A stretch of DNA of 64,000 nt, taken from contig DATLCC010000027.1 of the NCBI GenBank assembly GCA_035526585.1, positions 2,660 to 66,659 of the forward strand, given 5' to 3'. Each line of letters starts with the position of its first letter. Within the stretch, counting starts at the first letter, position 1. The translations under genes and the position numbers were made by a program. Of the stretch, positions 62,042-64,000 are shown in pieces. The notes under the pieces are model-generated. The model was given only the letters and a program-made list of their open reading frames with translations. It was not told where the DNA came from and searched no databases. This stretch comes from Thermoplasmatota archaeon. GTDB lineage: Archaea; Thermoplasmatota; SW-10-69-26; JACQPN01; JAJPHT01.

Positions 62042-62280
62042 AGGACGCCCAACGCGTGCGCCCTCGCCCCCGCCCTCGCCCCGGCCCCGTCCCCCCGTCG
62101 TGATATCAGCCCGTCGCACGTCGGCGGTTGCGCAGGAGCGCGCATCGTCGCGGCCCGCTTGCGTCGGTATCTCCTCGTCGTGACACGCGATAGGCTTAAC
62201 TCCCGTACGCCCGCTGCACGCCTCAGCGAGGAGTGCTAGAGGCTAGGCCCTCCCCGCGCGCAATAGGGAGTGCTTCCAAC

Positions 62281-64000
62281 ATGAGTACCATCAAGATCAC
62301 GCTGACCATGGCGATCGCTGCGGTCCTGGCCACCCCCGCCGGGATCGCGTCGTGGAACGCCTTCGGCGACAGCGAGCCCAGCACGCCGTACGACGACGCG
62401 ACCTTCATGTGGCAGGATGGCCCGGTCGCGTCGAAGGACCGCGTCTACTTCAACGGCTTCGTGAACGAAGCGGCCGGCATCGTGAGCGTCGGGGCGAACC
62501 CGAACGTCGCGCTCCTCGCCACGCACAACGAAGCGGTCGGCATCGAGACGTACGTCGCGATCCTCGGCAACTGGGTCGACTGCAACGGCGACGGCTACGT
62601 CGGCCTGCAGGAGAGCGCGCTTCGCGAGTACGACGCGGCGCTCCTGCTCGACACGAGCATCTGCCCGCCCTCGTCTGGTGACATCAACGCCTGGAACGGC
62701 GAGCACAACTACAACGGCTGGGTCACCGAGCTCGTGCCCGTGGGCACGAACGGCGGCCAGCCCTCGGCGAGCCCCGGCTCGACGCCGGACTACGAGGACG
62801 ACGGCCTCGACCAGCGCATCTGGCGCGATGAGACGGCGCGCGTCTGGGGCGACTACGGCAAGCCCGACGACGGCGCGGCGGAAGGCAGCGGCGGCACGTG
62901 CCCCATCCGTCCCTTCCCCCGCGGGACGGCGCAGAGCACCGGCGGCATCCTCGACTACGCGGACTGCAGCACCGGGCTCCTTGCGCGCTGGAACTCCATC
63001 TGGGCTGACGAGCTCACCGTGCAGGACCAGACGGTCCCCGGCCCCGGCGACCCGCTGGGCCTGCGCTTTGCGGACGAGGACGACGGCCACTCCGGCGTGC
63101 TCGGCAGCGTCGAGACGCTGGGCACCGAGGACTCGGGCCGCGCCGCGGTCGTCCTCACGGACTGCACGGCGGAGCCCGTGTTCGACTCCAGCGCCACCTT
63201 CAACGCGACGAACGAGCAGCTCGACCTCGTCGGCGACGAGGACCAGGCGTTCATCGACGAGAACACGCGCACGAAGATCTACCCCGCGGCTCCCGCGACG
63301 CGCGACACGACGGACCCGACGGTCCCCGGGCAGTTCAACCAGACGAACGAAGAGTTCGGCGGCGACTGCGACACGACGAACGACGCCGGCCACGACACGT
63401 ACGGCACCGTCGAAGGCGACTTCGAGGGCACGAGCGCGACGGACAAGCGCCAGTCGGACTTCAACATGGAGTTCGAGGACAACGGCGTCCTCGGCTGCAC
63501 GCCCCGCGGCCAGGTCACGGACTGCGGCTTCTTCGGCGTTGACTCGACGCCCTACCCGGACCAGCTCCACCCCGGATCGGCGGGAGCAGGCTTCACGAAC
63601 GAGGTCGTCTTCCACGACTGGTTCGCGCGCGTCGCCCTCGTGAAGGGCCCGCCCGCGACGACCCGTGGCTCCGTGCTCGGCACCGTGAGCGGCGAGAACC
63701 CGATCGGCCTCGCGGACGCGCCGTGGATCACGTTCTACGCGTACGTCGGCTCGAACACGACCTCCACGCACGGCCTCAAGACGCCGGGCGGCAGCGGCGT
63801 GTACGGCAAGCCCCAGTGCGGCTCGTTCACGAGCGAGACCCACAACGGCTGGAACTGCGACGCGAGCCTGTGGAACCTGAACGGCGACGGCACGGCGCAG
63901 CCCCAGACGCAGGGCGGCTTCGCGGCTCCGGGCGCGCTCTACAACCTGCGCGACGCGGACTGCTTCGACGGCAACAACGGCCTCGGTGTCCCGCTGGGCG
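62281..64000 (+). CDS. secreted acidic Cys-rich protein, N-terminal 573 codons (runs off window end)
   Basis: This ORF is absent from the track because it has no stop in the window. From the ATG at 62281 it reads MSTIKITLTMAIAAVLATPAGIASWNAFGDSEPSTPYDDATFMWQDGPVASKDRVYFNGFVNEAAGIVSVGANPN...VDCNGDGYVG.... It has a signal peptide, strongly G/C-ending codons and balanced D/N/T/G-rich composition. The opposite-strand track ORF 62236..63843 is R/A/V-rich shadow. Confidence 0.72.
   Translation, partial: MSTIKITLTMAIAAVLATPAGIASWNAFGDSEPSTPYDDATFMWQDGPVASKDRVYFNGFVNEAAGIVSVGANPNVALLATHNEAVGIETYVAILGNWVDCNGDGYVGLQESALREYDAALLLDTSICPPSSGDINAWNGEHNYNGWVTELVPVGTNGGQPSASPGSTPDYEDDGLDQRIWRDETARVWGDYGKPDDGAAEGSGGTCPIRPFPRGTAQSTGGILDYADCSTGLLARWNSIWADELTVQDQTVPGPGDPLGLRFADEDDGHSGVLGSVETLGTEDSGRAAVVLTDCTAEPVFDSSATFNATNEQLDLVGDEDQAFIDENTRTKIYPAAPATRDTTDPTVPGQFNQTNEEFGGDCDTTNDAGHDTYGTVEGDFEGTSATDKRQSDFNMEFEDNGVLGCTPRGQVTDCGFFGVDSTPYPDQLHPGSAGAGFTNEVVFHDWFARVALVKGPPATTRGSVLGTVSGENPIGLADAPWITFYAYVGSNTTSTHGLKTPGGSGVYGKPQCGSFTSETHNGWNCDASLWNLNGDGTAQPQTQGGFAAPGALYNLRDADCFDGNNGLGVPLG

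Noticed and set aside
61799-62239. Several 90-144-aa ORFs on both strands in the operon upstream region, with recurring ATWRHVA / GAMWQ peptides.
   Set aside because: The recurring peptides are simply translations of the three palindromic DNA repeats in different frames and strands. Composition is R/P/A/G-rich and there is no coding signal. I treat the region as regulatory DNA.
62236-63843. A 535-aa minus-strand track ORF.
   Set aside because: This is the R/A/V/E/D-rich shadow of the plus-strand secreted-protein gene starting at 62281, which has a signal peptide and strongly G/C-ending codons.
1-64000. A search for CRISPR arrays, tRNA/rRNA genes, transposases, integrases, toxin-antitoxin pairs and classic defence-system genes.
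   Set aside because: I saw no regularly spaced direct repeats, no tRNA-like T-arm or anticodon structures in the few intergenic regions, and no recombinase- or nuclease-like ORFs. The window appears to be core chromosome plus the giant envelope locus.

Overview
This is a very GC-rich archaeal chromosomal segment. The archaeal assignment rests on Orc1/Cdc6, archaeal-type phosphoglycerate kinase, a type II (archaeal) GAPDH homologue, AlaX, TATA-like boxes about 25-35 nt upstream of start codons, and PGF-CTERM-like or basic C-terminal anchors. Most long ORFs in the six-frame track are Arg/Ala/Gly/Pro-rich shadow frames. I called the real frame from balanced amino-acid composition, G/C-ending codons, signal peptides or TM anchors, and recognisable family motifs. 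No search tool was run, so all family names come from motif recognition. Positions 1-17.4 kb hold ordinary mixed-strand housekeeping and accessory genes: pgk, a Cys/Met-metabolism PLP enzyme, orc1/cdc6, alaX, GNAT, HxlR plus acyl-CoA dehydrogenase, a MacB/FtsX-type ABC exporter, gap, and several small membrane proteins and lipoproteins. Positions 17.8-61.6 kb are the stand-out. Nine minus-strand genes form a single, tightly translationally coupled cluster of about 44 kb. Five of them encode giant predicted cell-envelope proteins (4162, 4081, 1423, 2255 and 1254 aa; 13,175 aa in total). These surround a MoxR AAA+ ATPase / DUF58 / DUF4350-like / DUF4129 module. The DUF4129 domain is the cytoplasmic tail of the 2255-aa envelope protein. 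The 642-bp divergent region upstream of this operon carries three copies of a 20-24 bp perfect palindrome. On the other side of that region a further secreted, Cys-rich protein gene runs off the window end. I saw no rRNA, tRNA, CRISPR array, transposase or integrase.
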